From: a virus
Lineage: Duplodnaviria > Caudoviricetes
Length of the DNA: 36,070 nucleotides
IMG/VR virus record: IMGVR_UViG_3300033406_000369
Location: 1 to 36,070 of that record
Reading direction: 5' to 3' (one strand)
Both the position numbers and the translations under genes were made by a program. Below the pieces are notes generated by a model. That model ran no database searches and was not told the origin of the DNA. It worked only from the letters and a program-made list of their open reading frames with translations. Of this stretch, positions 1 to 9,600 are shown in pieces. Position 1 is the first letter of the stretch; each line of letters opens with the position of its first letter.

Positions 1-294
1 TTAAGCCCGGCGACGGATAAGCCACTCGCGGAGGGCGCTGTTCATTTCACCCTGCCAACCAACACCGAGACCGCGCAGGCCGTCCAACACATCCGAATCG
101 AGACGGACAGAAACCTGTTGCTTGGGCGCATCCAGTTTTGGCCGGCCGCGACGGCGCGTCAAAGTGCCTTGTGCAGGCTTGATCACCTCACCGCCAACAG
201 CGATCTCGGCTCGGTCGAAGGCTTCGTCGGGCCAAGCGGGGGCGTCATCTGGATCAACCCAGGTGCTCTCGAACTTTTCGGGCTTCTTTGTCAT
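1..294 (-). CDS. brnA: BrnA-family antitoxin (RHH)
   Basis: DPDDAP motif and RGRPK...KQQVSVRLDSDVL...GWQGEMNSALREW C-terminus; overlaps the upstream brnT. Confidence 0.9.
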   Translation of the reverse strand: MTKKPEKFESTWVDPDDAPAWPDEAFDRAEIAVGGEVIKPAQGTLTRRRGRPKLDAPKQQVSVRLDSDVLDGLRGLGVGWQGEMNSALREWLIRRRA

Positions 295-526
295 GGCAGT
301 GCCTCATGGAAATGATGTGCCGTGCTTCACCTCGCGGCGTCCAAACGATCATGACAACGCGCTCACCAAGCAAACCGTAGCTCTGATAGCGCGTCTCGCC
401 ATAGTCAAAGCGGTCGTCTTCAAGGGTCTGGGTTCTCCCCATGAACACCGTGGCCGCATCGAAAAAATCAAGCTCACGCTCCTTAAGGGTCGTCTCTCGC
501 TTGACCGGATCGCAAGTGATTTTCAT
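254..526 (-). CDS. brnT: BrnT-family ribonuclease toxin
   Basis: DPVKRETTLKERELDF...EDDRFDYGETRY...VWTPRGEARHIISMR signature. Confidence 0.92.
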   Translation of the reverse strand: MKITCDPVKRETTLKERELDFFDAATVFMGRTQTLEDDRFDYGETRYQSYGLLGERVVMIVWTPRGEARHIISMRHCHDKEARKVREHLG

Positions 527-534
527 GGAAATAA

Positions 535-573
535 TGTATCACGAAAAAACGCGACCGCAATATCCGTGATACA
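535..573. promoter_or_regulatory. Putative BrnA operator in the brnTA promoter
   Basis: Perfect inverted repeat TGTATCACG-N21-CGTGATACA ending 8 nt before the brnT ATG. Confidence 0.7.
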
Positions 574-596
574 AAAATAGTTGGTGTTCCACCCCG

Positions 597-812
597 TCAT
601 TTGATCGCCATCACCCATCGGAACACCATCGGCATATACGTTGACACCGCTCCACCGGCAAACAGCAACAATCCCAAGGCCCATTTCGCTCCCCTCGCCT
701 GGTCGAGCAGGCTGTTGAGATGCTCGACAGCATCGGCAAGCCGCTTCATATCCAGTGCCATCTGCTCGACTCTCACTTCAAGCGCGATCACCTTGTCGCG
801 GGTATCGTCCAC
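597..812 (-). CDS. Small coiled-coil protein with C-terminal TM helix (XhlA/holin-like)
   Basis: N-terminal heptad pattern, hydrophobic WALGLLLFAGGAVSTYMPMVF; lies next to the lysis genes. Confidence 0.6.
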   Translation of the reverse strand: MDDTRDKVIALEVRVEQMALDMKRLADAVEHLNSLLDQARGAKWALGLLLFAGGAVSTYMPMVFRWVMAIK

Positions 813-872
813 GGAAGCCCCCTAATTCCAGAAATACGCGCGGCGGGACGCCCTGCCCCGCCGTATGCTCTG

Positions 873-1088
873 TTACCGAGCCCGCTTGATGGTCTCGTTG
901 TTGCCGGCAATCTTGCGCGCGGCGTCGATGTCGTTGGCTGATAGATAGACCGACGATTCCGGCTTCAGCGGCACGTAGACCACGCCATCGCAGACGGGCA
1001 CGGCACTAGCGCAGCCCGTCACAAAGAGAGCCACCACCAAGGCGACGGCAGATCTCAACGGGCGTTTCAGTGGCAAGCTTTTCATCAA
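873..1088 (-). CDS. Outer-membrane spanin (Rz1-like lipoprotein)
   Basis: Signal peptide with lipobox VTGC; overlaps the 3' end of the Rz-like gene in another frame. Confidence 0.75.
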   Translation of the reverse strand: MMKSLPLKRPLRSAVALVVALFVTGCASAVPVCDGVVYVPLKPESSVYLSANDIDAARKIAGNNETIKRAR

Positions 1089-1239
1089 GGATCACTCTTT
1101 CCCGTTGGGCCTTCAGCGCGGCGCGGTCCTGGTCGGTGCGGGCGTCTGACCAGCCCTTGGCGTAAAGCCGCCAGCCCGCAACGCCGAGGCCGACGGCCAA
1201 GGCGATCAGGAAGGCGAGGCGGACGTTAGCGGCGGTCAT
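1006..1239 (-). CDS. Inner-membrane spanin (Rz-like)
   Basis: ATG at 1239 forms an ATGA overlap with the endolysin stop; N-terminal TM helix, short coiled coil, C-terminal Cys pair. Confidence 0.75.
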   Translation of the reverse strand: MTAANVRLAFLIALAVGLGVAGWRLYAKGWSDARTDQDRAALKAQRERVILDEKLATETPVEICRRLGGGSLCDGLR

Positions 1240-2063
1240 GCCAGTGCCTCGGCTAGCTCGGCCCGGCGTCGACGCGCCCACCAGCCATAGACGGCGCCAC
1301 CGATCACCAGCGCGGCCGAGATGACGACGATGCCGGCGATGATGTTGGAGACGATCGGGCTTCCCGAGGCGAGCGGCGCGAGCTGCTCCTGGGCGCTTTG
1401 GAGCGTGCCGAGAATGGTCGTTCCGGTGATCAGGCCGCCACCGGTCGCCGCGTCGGCGATCGCCGCCGAGGGGGCCACCTTTGCGTCGGTCGACATTGCC
1501 TTGCGGGCGCCGTCCCCATCGTAGACCACTTCAGGGCCGACCGAACCGCGCGCCCAGGCCTGCCCCACGGCGAGCACCTGCTTGATGCGAGAAGCCCACC
1601 CCTTGCCGAACTTCTTCCAGCCCTTGAGGGCCTTTAGGAAGGCATCGCGAAGGGCGATGATCTTGGCAATCAGTGCGTCGTGATCCTCGACGGCGTTGAT
1701 AGCGGCGAGCGTTTCCGGGCCGACCAGGCCATCGACCTTTTTGAGGCCTAGCGCGCGCTGGAGCCATTTCACCGACTGCCCCGGCCCAGAGTTCACGCCA
1801 CCATCAAAGACGACATAGCCGACGCCTGGCGGCAGTTGGTCGCCCTTCACCAGATCCCAATAGCGGCTCTTGTAGATCGCCCGCACCTCGTCGTCGCTGA
1901 TGAGGTGCACGCTCTGCCGGCCGGCGCCGACGCTCTTTCGATAAGTGTCGTAGACGGCCTGAGTGACGCCCTTGTTCGTGGCGCCGCCCGTGTCGTCTGG
2001 GTCGTTCACAAAGCCCCCTTCCAACACCAGTACCTTGGCAAGAGAGCGCTCGAATTCAGTCAT
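1236..2063 (-). CDS. Endolysin, glycoside hydrolase family 108 with peptidoglycan-binding domain and C-terminal hydrophobic helices
   Basis: EGGFVNDPDDTGGATNKGVT catalytic motif; WLQRALG..VDGLVGPETL; KFGKGWASR. Confidence 0.92.
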   Translation of the reverse strand: MTEFERSLAKVLVLEGGFVNDPDDTGGATNKGVTQAVYDTYRKSVGAGRQSVHLISDDEVRAIYKSRYWDLVKGDQLPPGVGYVVFDGGVNSGPGQSVKWLQRALGLKKVDGLVGPETLAAINAVEDHDALIAKIIALRDAFLKALKGWKKFGKGWASRIKQVLAVGQAWARGSVGPEVVYDGDGARKAMSTDAKVAPSAAIADAATGGGLITGTTILGTLQSAQEQLAPLASGSPIVSNIIAGIVVISAALVIGGAVYGWWARRRRAELAEALA

Positions 2064-2117
2064 ATCAGGGCCTTTCGTTGGAACATGAGCGCGTCCCTCC
2101 CCGAAAGGCTTGTCGGC

Positions 2118-2675
2118 TTATCCAGGCCAGCCGGCGGCAATGTCGATCGCGTCGAGCGCGGCCGCGTCCTCGGCCGCGAGAGCGGCATCCTTCAGGTCGC
2201 GCCGGTGTTGGACGATGGCAGCGTAATAGTCGCCTGCTGAGGCCGCGAGCATCAGGCCGGCGCCCGGGGCGGCGAGTGGGATGCGGACGTTCTCGATTGC
2301 GATCCAGCCGCGCGAATAACTCTCCGGCCACGGAACGGCATTGGCCGAAGCCGCCGTCGCAGTCGCCGCCATAGCGGTAAGGTCGGCGCGGCTTCCATCA
2401 TCAAGGGCGACGTGCAGCCCACCAGTCACAGGCGCGCCGGCAGCAAGGAGCGCGTCGGCCGCCGCTGCGATATCCGCGATTTTGTCCGTCCGGAGACTGT
2501 CGAGCGATGGTTCCGGTTCAGCCGGAGCTGTCCAGTCCCCACCGTTATTGGTCCAACCAATGCCCACCCCGTCAGGGCCTGTTACTGCCCCGAAATCATT
2601 TGGGTCAGCTTCATCGGCAAGGATAATGATGTTTGTGACGGTGCCGGACGAATTGAGGGTATGAGCAATTTTCAT
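2118..2675 (-). CDS. Tail fibre assembly-type protein (DUF4376-like)
   Basis: Start MKIAHTL at 2675 is coupled (ATGA) to the fibre stop; typical C-terminus LKDAALAAEDAAALDAIDIAAGWP. Confidence 0.65.
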   Translation of the reverse strand: MKIAHTLNSSGTVTNIIILADEADPNDFGAVTGPDGVGIGWTNNGGDWTAPAEPEPSLDSLRTDKIADIAAAADALLAAGAPVTGGLHVALDDGSRADLTAMAATATAASANAVPWPESYSRGWIAIENVRIPLAAPGAGLMLAASAGDYYAAIVQHRRDLKDAALAAEDAAALDAIDIAAGWPG

Positions 2676-4105
2676 GTGCCGAACTCCATGAACATGGCGC
2701 GACCGCCGACCCCATTCGTTGCGCCAGTGCCATATCCATACACACCACCCGCGAGATACCAGCCGCCGGCAGCCCCCGCCTGACCGAATAGGCAAGTTCC
2801 GCTTGGCCCCCCGCCGTTACCGCCGCCCTCCTTGGCACCGCCGCCGCCGCTCGTGTAGTAGGTGACTCCGTCGATGACGATGCTCGTAGTGCCCCCGGTT
2901 CCACCGGTGCTGTTCTTGTTGGCAACCACTCCGCCGCCTCCGCCAACAGCGACCGGATAGGTCTGAGTGTCGCTCACGGCTGCAAAGAAGAAGCCGACAC
3001 CACCGGCGCCACCACCGGTGCCCCAGACAGAGTTCCCTCCGCCGGAACCGCCCACGAGAATGCCAAAAATGAACTTGGTCCCTGCGGTTGGGACGTAGTT
3101 TCCAGATGCGCCGAAATCGCGGATAGCCTTGGGAACGGCTCCACCGAGGTTGAGGGCGCCAAGCGCGGCCACGATCGCGGAATGAACGCCCGCCGAATGA
3201 ACCGGCAGTTCCTCGTCAGTGCCAGCGACCACAGTGGCTGCCGATGCCAGAACCAACTTAATCAGCCGGTCGGCCGAAAGATCAGTCTCAGCCGGCTCCG
3301 CGTCGCTGCCGGCAGCACCGTCAAGAGACAGGCCAGGGCCAACCTTCAGCTTGCGAACCGCTGGAACGAAACTTTCGAGCATGGCCGCGATTTGCTCGGT
3401 GGTCGAATAGGCGTCCAGGTCGAAGGCGTCGGAAAGCGTCTGCGCCACGGCCGCCCAATGCCGAGCCGAAAAGCCCGTGCCGACCGGCGTATTCGGCGCC
3501 GCGTTCGCGAGCTGATCGGCGAGCGCGGCGGCGGTGCCGGCGGCCGTAGCCGCGCCAGTGGCAGCTCCGGCAGCGACCGTGGCCGTTCCAGAAGCGCTGA
3601 CGGCAGTCGCGCGGGCCGTCTCGATCTCGGCGGCGGTTGGTCCAGCGACGGCCCCGCCCTCGCCGTTCGACACGTAAACGGCCCCCTCAGGCACGCTCGC
3701 GGCGTTGCCAGCGATAACGATTGACGACTCCTCGATGTCGTCGACCTTCTGCGACAGCTCGGCAACGCGCATAGCCGATCGATCCAGCGCCGCCGCATGC
3801 CCTGCCGCGTCATAGGTGTCGGTCGCGGTCGGGTCATAAACCTGCGTCATCGGCGTTTGCCGCACCATCGACACCGTGCCCGGTGTGGCAGGAAAGGCCG
3901 CAAGCGGAGCGATGGTCGCAACGCCTGCCGAGGAAAGCGTGACGGCGTAGTGCAGCCCGAGCGTCAGCGCCTGGCGCTCCCCCTCGTCAGGTACCAGGCT
4001 GACAATAAGCTGGGACCGCTCTTGCACCTGAATGCCGGTCGGGATTTCGGTCTCGACTCCTGTCCACGCTGCGGAGGCGCGGACAACGGTGGAAACAACG
4101 GTCAT
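2672..4105 (-). CDS. Tail fibre protein
   Basis: Start MTVVSTV at 4105 (ATGA coupling). N-terminal podovirus fibre attachment-like motif (RQTPMTQ...HAAALDRSAM), Ala/Thr-rich shaft, Gly-rich C-terminal domain. Confidence 0.75.
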   Translation of the reverse strand: MTVVSTVVRASAAWTGVETEIPTGIQVQERSQLIVSLVPDEGERQALTLGLHYAVTLSSAGVATIAPLAAFPATPGTVSMVRQTPMTQVYDPTATDTYDAAGHAAALDRSAMRVAELSQKVDDIEESSIVIAGNAASVPEGAVYVSNGEGGAVAGPTAAEIETARATAVSASGTATVAAGAATGAATAAGTAAALADQLANAAPNTPVGTGFSARHWAAVAQTLSDAFDLDAYSTTEQIAAMLESFVPAVRKLKVGPGLSLDGAAGSDAEPAETDLSADRLIKLVLASAATVVAGTDEELPVHSAGVHSAIVAALGALNLGGAVPKAIRDFGASGNYVPTAGTKFIFGILVGGSGGGNSVWGTGGGAGGVGFFFAAVSDTQTYPVAVGGGGGVVANKNSTGGTGGTTSIVIDGVTYYTSGGGGAKEGGGNGGGPSGTCLFGQAGAAGGWYLAGGVYGYGTGATNGVGGRAMFMEFGT

Positions 4106-6675
4106 CGAGCATCTCCGATCAGGGAAGGCATGCGGCGCGGTGTGGACTGGCCGGGCGCCCACCAGAAGCGCTGGCCGGCATCCTTGGCCGCCTGCTTCTC
4201 AAGGCGCTGAAAGCGCTCTGGCGCGCGCGGGTCGATCTGCAAAGCAAGCTGGTCGACGATCGCCCGCTGGAACGCGAGACGCGTCTGCCAGAGCGTCGAC
4301 CCTGGCATGTAGCGGGACAGCACATAAAGGCCGTCGCCTGCGAAATGTGTCTCTTGTCCCTTGGCCCAAAGCTGGCTGTTCTTGATCAGCCAATCGCCCA
4401 GCACGGTTTCGACGGCGCCAGCCTGTGGCCCAACGATGGTCGTCGCCCAGCTGTTGCCGTAACGGGTTTGGTCGGCAAACAAGAAGTCGCCGAAGATACC
4501 CAAGCCGCCACCTTGTAGGATGGCGGCGCCGATCGTCTTCGGGTCGTCGGCCCGCAACGGATCGCGGCCGTTGGCGATCTGCTTGAGCTGAAGGGCCATC
4601 AGCCCCATGGCCGACATCAGCGCGAAGCTGCCGGCGGCATGGCTGAGGCGCCGGCCGTCCCAACCGCGCGCAAAGGCCCGCATCATGTGCGAGGTGATGA
4701 AGGTCGCCGTGAACGACTTGTAGAGCGAGACCGCCCGGCGCGCCTCGCCGCCAAGCGTGCCCGGCCGGCTGTCGCCGAGCAACATGGCGCGGGTCAGTGT
4801 GTCACTCTCGATCACAGCGAAGGTCATTTCCGTGTCGACCATGCGGGCGATCGACGCGGCAACGCGGCGGGCGTTCTCGCTGCCGATCGCCGCCACATCC
4901 ATATGGCGGATGAACTTCGCACCTGGTCGCGGCTCGAACGGCTTAGCCTCGCCGATCAGCTTCCAGTCGGCCTCGCCGATGCCATAGCGCTGGAGCGTGT
5001 CACGGAAGGCCGGCGACAGATCGCCCCACGTCTTATCTGCGTCACTGGCGATCTTCGCCTGAAACTCCATGCCGAAGGCGTTGCGAAGCGTGGCGGTCCA
5101 GCGCCGAAGGCCGGAGGCGCGAATGACGGCGCTCGACGTCTTCGCAGCGATGCCGCTGCGGATTGCCTCGCCCATGAAGCGATCGCCTGCCCGAACATCG
5201 CCGGCAATGCTGTCGGCGATGAAGCCATGCTGCAGGGCGTCGATCTCGGCGCCAGGACGCGCCATGTCGGCGGCAGCGCGGCTGAGCACCTTCAGCGCCG
5301 GCACGTCGTTGAAGCGCGCCGTCATGGTCAGCAACGCCGGGTCGGAGATGGACGAGATGATGGCCGATCCGAGCTGCGAGGAGACCAGCCACGAGCGCAT
5401 ATCGCTCATGGCATTCGCCGCGCCTTCATGCACCGGCCGATTGGCATCGCCGGTCACCACCTGGCTCCACAAAGCGTCGATCTGGTTTTGCCCAGACTTC
5501 ACCGTGTCGCCGATCTTGAGGTTGCCTTTGACCGTCTTCACGAAGCCCTTGGCGTCAGCCATCGACCCTTCGGAAGCCAGCCGGCCGGGCTCTCGCTCAA
5601 ACAGGCCGTCGATGAACCGCTTGAGCGCTACCGGGTTCGGCCCCAGCACTTCCAGCTTGGCGATATCGGAAGCCATGCCCTCGATGTGATCGAGCATGGC
5701 CTGATAGACCGACTGGTGACCGCCGAACGCGTTGGCGTAAGTCATCCAGCTTTCGGCATCCTTGAACAGCAGCACGCGGGCGTCGGCGCGGCTGTTGGCC
5801 AGAGCCGGCCGGCCACGAACGGCGGCGCTCGGCCCGCCGTCGATCCCCTCGTTGACGATGCTGTCGAACACCTGGTCCAGCAGCTTGTCGAGCTTGCCGG
5901 GCGAAAGCGTTCGGCCCGTCGCGAAGCTGATCATGTTGTTCCGGTCGAGCAGCCTGTTGCGATAGAGAAATTCCTTCCACTGCTCACGGCCGGCCGTGCG
6001 CACCTTCATCGCGTCGTGGGTCGGGTTGGCAAGCCGCCAGTCCGCGCGGAAGGGGATGGCGCCACCAGCCTTGTTGAAGGCGATCCGAAGGTGCTCGGCC
6101 GTCTTTGTCCAGGCCTCGGCCACAGTGCGCGCCGTGGCATTGCCGGTCGCCAGGCCATAGAGTTCCCGCAGCACATCGCCCTCGAAGGCGGTTTCCGCCT
6201 TGAAGCCCAGCATCTTCGGCCGCATGGCCTCGATTGCCCCGGCAAACAGGGTGTGCGCCTCGGCCCGAATGCGATGGCTGGCCGCCACCACGTTCTCAAA
6301 GGTCATGCCGATCTCGAAGGGATCGCGGACCAGCATGGCGCGGATGGCGGCGGCGAGCGGCAGTTTCAGAAAGGTCGGCGCCTTTCCCTCGGCCTTCAGC
6401 GCGCCAACCGTTTCCGTATAAGTCGTCACCCGCCGCAACACGTCGGCTTGAGCCTTGGCGGTGCCGAAGGCGATCTGAGCCTTTCGCGCCGCCTCGGCCG
6501 CCGCTTCGTCGGCCGTCTCGATCGCCGCTTTGCGTATGGCATCGCGCGCCGTGTCGCCAGCGGCCTTGAAGTTGGCCTCGGCTTCGTCGAGCCAGTCGAG
6601 CAGCACCTTGCCCTTTTCAGGATCGACAGCGCCGGATGTGATTTTGGCAGTGAAGCAGAAACGCGGAGAGACCAT
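4102..6675 (-). CDS. Large internal virion (ejection) protein
   Basis: 857 aa from the ATG at 6675 (TGATG coupling); last gene of the ejection-protein cluster before the fibre; QGGGLGIFGDFL-type motif. Confidence 0.7.
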   Translation of the reverse strand: MVSPRFCFTAKITSGAVDPEKGKVLLDWLDEAEANFKAAGDTARDAIRKAAIETADEAAAEAARKAQIAFGTAKAQADVLRRVTTYTETVGALKAEGKAPTFLKLPLAAAIRAMLVRDPFEIGMTFENVVAASHRIRAEAHTLFAGAIEAMRPKMLGFKAETAFEGDVLRELYGLATGNATARTVAEAWTKTAEHLRIAFNKAGGAIPFRADWRLANPTHDAMKVRTAGREQWKEFLYRNRLLDRNNMISFATGRTLSPGKLDKLLDQVFDSIVNEGIDGGPSAAVRGRPALANSRADARVLLFKDAESWMTYANAFGGHQSVYQAMLDHIEGMASDIAKLEVLGPNPVALKRFIDGLFEREPGRLASEGSMADAKGFVKTVKGNLKIGDTVKSGQNQIDALWSQVVTGDANRPVHEGAANAMSDMRSWLVSSQLGSAIISSISDPALLTMTARFNDVPALKVLSRAAADMARPGAEIDALQHGFIADSIAGDVRAGDRFMGEAIRSGIAAKTSSAVIRASGLRRWTATLRNAFGMEFQAKIASDADKTWGDLSPAFRDTLQRYGIGEADWKLIGEAKPFEPRPGAKFIRHMDVAAIGSENARRVAASIARMVDTEMTFAVIESDTLTRAMLLGDSRPGTLGGEARRAVSLYKSFTATFITSHMMRAFARGWDGRRLSHAAGSFALMSAMGLMALQLKQIANGRDPLRADDPKTIGAAILQGGGLGIFGDFLFADQTRYGNSWATTIVGPQAGAVETVLGDWLIKNSQLWAKGQETHFAGDGLYVLSRYMPGSTLWQTRLAFQRAIVDQLALQIDPRAPERFQRLEKQAAKDAGQRFWWAPGQSTPRRMPSLIGDAR

Positions 6676-9600
6676 CAGCGCACCCCGTTCTTGATAAGGC
6701 AATCGGCGAATTCGGCCGCCACGGCCGCGTCGGCGTCGATCTCGTCGAGCAACTGACGGGCGGTCACCTTGCGCGTTGTGCCGTCTGGCGCGTCGAGTTC
6801 CAGTTCAAGGTCGCCAACCTCGTCGACCAGGCGCCGGAGATCTTCCTGCGCGGCGCGGCCGGCCTCGACCTGTTCGGTAAGGTGCGGAGAAACCTCGCGC
6901 CGGGCGAGCGCGGTTTCTTCTTGCGAAGGAGTTGACTTTCTGGACTTTTCTGGTCCAGTGCTTACATCAACCTCGTGAGAGGCATTCCCCATGTCATCAG
7001 TGACGTTCTGCAACTGGGACCGGCGGCCGGCAGTGCTGCTGAAACCGTCATATGAGGCCTTCGCCGTTCTTGCCCCCGGTAAGGATTGGTCAAAAGTCGA
7101 CGAGGCGGACGTGTTCCACACCGCTGGCGTTTTGCCGGAAGAGCGCTGGCGTGAGGTGTTCGAGCCGAAGTTCGGACCGCTCGACACGTCAAGGTTTGTC
7201 CAGTCAGAGCCTGCCTCGCGCGCCGCTGCCGAATAAAGCCTATCCATCTTGTCTTCGAGCGCGAGGCGCTCGACCGCGTCTTCGGACAGTCGCCAGCGTT
7301 CGTAGAGTTCATGGCCGCCGGCCTTTTTCGCCGAGAGCATGTGCGGCTCCCAAAGCTGGACTTCGCCCACAGTGCCATCCGGAAAACGCACCAGCACCTT
7401 GCGGTCAACATAGCCGCCGCTGGCAACTGCCCAACCTTCGTCCAGCACCTCAAAGCGTCGCGCGAGCTCCTCGACAACCAAGTCGGCTTTAGCGGGTGTG
7501 TCGACGACAAAGCCACCTCGCACGACATCGGTAAGCTCGGCCGTAGATTGATAGCCCTTGCGGGTCATCTTCTGCTCAGCCGTCGCGCGATCCTTGATCT
7601 TTGCGGCCTTGTATTCGACGCCCACCGCATTGGCGATTTCCTGACCGGCTGCGCTGAGCTCCTCCTGTCGCATCGGCGCGACAGCGTAGAGCGCATCCAT
7701 ATCCCGCTCCGGCACGCCCTCGAAGAAAGCGGCTTCGCCAGGGGCGCGGCCGGGAGACCGAACAGGAATAACGGCAATGTCTTCGATGTCGGCGCCTGCG
7801 ATCTTCGCTGCTGCGAAAGCCGCCCTCGGCGTCACCTCGAAGCCAAAGAGATCGGGACCATCGCCCGCCCGGAGCGATGCGCGGAACAGGCTCTGGAGCC
7901 GCTCGGCGACTTTCTCTCGGCCGGCCGCAACCGTCAGGCCATCGTCATGGAAGAACAGCCGGACTGCATCGGCGACGCTCTCGCGCACGTCCCCGTGCTC
8001 AATGTCGGCCTGGTCGAGAAGAGCGGCAACCGGCTCGCCGGTTTTCCGCGCGCGCTCGACCAGGCGATAGGCTTCCACCACGTCGCGGCCGGGATCGTCG
8101 AAGGAGAGGCGCCCATCGATGGCGGCCTGACGCACGCGGGCCGCAAGCGGCGCCGTGTCGCTCATGGCGCCAATGATTGCTTTCGACGTCGGGTCGATCG
8201 TCTCGTAAAGGCTCTTCACCACGTCGGGCGCATCGAAGCCGCGCTGCACCAGGGCGGCCGTCAGGCGATCGGCTCCCGCCTGCGACAGATAGCCATCGGC
8301 CGTCACCAGATCGCCCATCTCTTCCGGTGTCGCCATGCGCTGAAGCGCCTTGCGGGCAAAGGCGGCGTTGCGTGCCTGGCCGGCTTCGCCACCAGCGAAG
8401 GCGTCGAGCACCTCGGGCGACAACACCTTGGCGTCAACGGCCGCGCGCTCGGACGCTGAAAGCCGCGCCGTTGCCGTGCGGTTCGCCTCGACGGTGAAAG
8501 CCTGCCGCTCGGCAGGCGATAGCTCAGTCTCACGGACGCGCACTAGGACCGGCTGTTTCATGTCCTTGGCCTGGCCGAAGCCAGCGTCGATCAGTTCCTT
8601 TCGATAGGCCTCGGCCCGATCTGGCACCCGCGCGAACGCCTCACGGATGCCAAGCACCCGACCGTTACCGCTTTCGACAACGGCATCAGGGCCGACGACC
8701 GGCGCGCCCTCGCGCGCGGTCGGCGCGTCCATCAGAAGACGCGGATTGAGGTTGGCGGAGATCTCGGCGATCTGCGCCTGGCTCGCCGGCCGCGAGCGGT
8801 CGCGCGGTTGAAGCTCGGGCGGGAATAGTGGGTTGGCGGTGCCCGAAGTGTCGTGGCTGGTGATGAGCTTGTCCGCCTCGATCACCTGCCAGCGCGTCTT
8901 GAGGCTCTGGCCGTCACCCCAGACGATTTCGCCGCCCCGGAGATTCGGCAAGTCAGCGACCGACGAAAGCGGCTGGCCGCTGTCGATCGCCGCCCGTGCC
9001 ATCGCCTCGCCATCGAGGGCGGCGACCGCCGATCGCGCGTCGGGCATACCGGCCGCCGGTAGGTCGCGCGCTTCCTGGAAGCGAGCAACGGCGGCGACGT
9101 CTTGAGGCGACAGGTCTGGCTTCGGGGTGGCCGGCGCTTGCGGTGTTTCCGCGCGGGCTTCGAAGCGATGCCGAAGCCCGCCGGCCGCGCCACCGATCAG
9201 GCCGGCAAGACCGATCGAAAATGCGGCGTCGCCAAGCGAATATTCGCCGCCAAGCTCGGCGCGGTCATGCTGAAGGATGCCCTGCTCAAGGGCTTCCGTG
9301 CCGGCGTTGATCGCCGCTTCACGGCCGACACTGGCCACCAGGCCGACGCCCTTGACGGTCGGGATCGCCATGGATGCAACGTTGATCGGGTCGGCGACGT
9401 TGGCGGCAAGCCAACCAGACCAGGCCAACGCGTTGGCACTCAGGCCGTAAGTCCGCGAAGAGGCGTCGGACAGGCGACGCTCATGGTCTCTCCAGAGTTC
9501 GGATGCGCGGGCGCCGACATCGATGTGGGGTTCGATCGCCTTTCGCTGATCTTCCGGCAGTGTAGCAATGGCGCGGGCAAGTTTGGTCGTCGTAGCCACG

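Noticed and set aside
2118-4105. Diversity-generating retroelement, as in BPP-1-like phages
   Set aside because: No reverse transcriptase gene and no template/variable repeat pair seen in the window.
4639-6756. Long plus-strand ORFs (also 13514-15310, 22389-23702, 24168-25787 and others)
   Set aside because: In-register antisense shadows of GC3-rich genes, with no RBS or recognisable motifs, unlike the shifted-frame ORF at 6991-7236.
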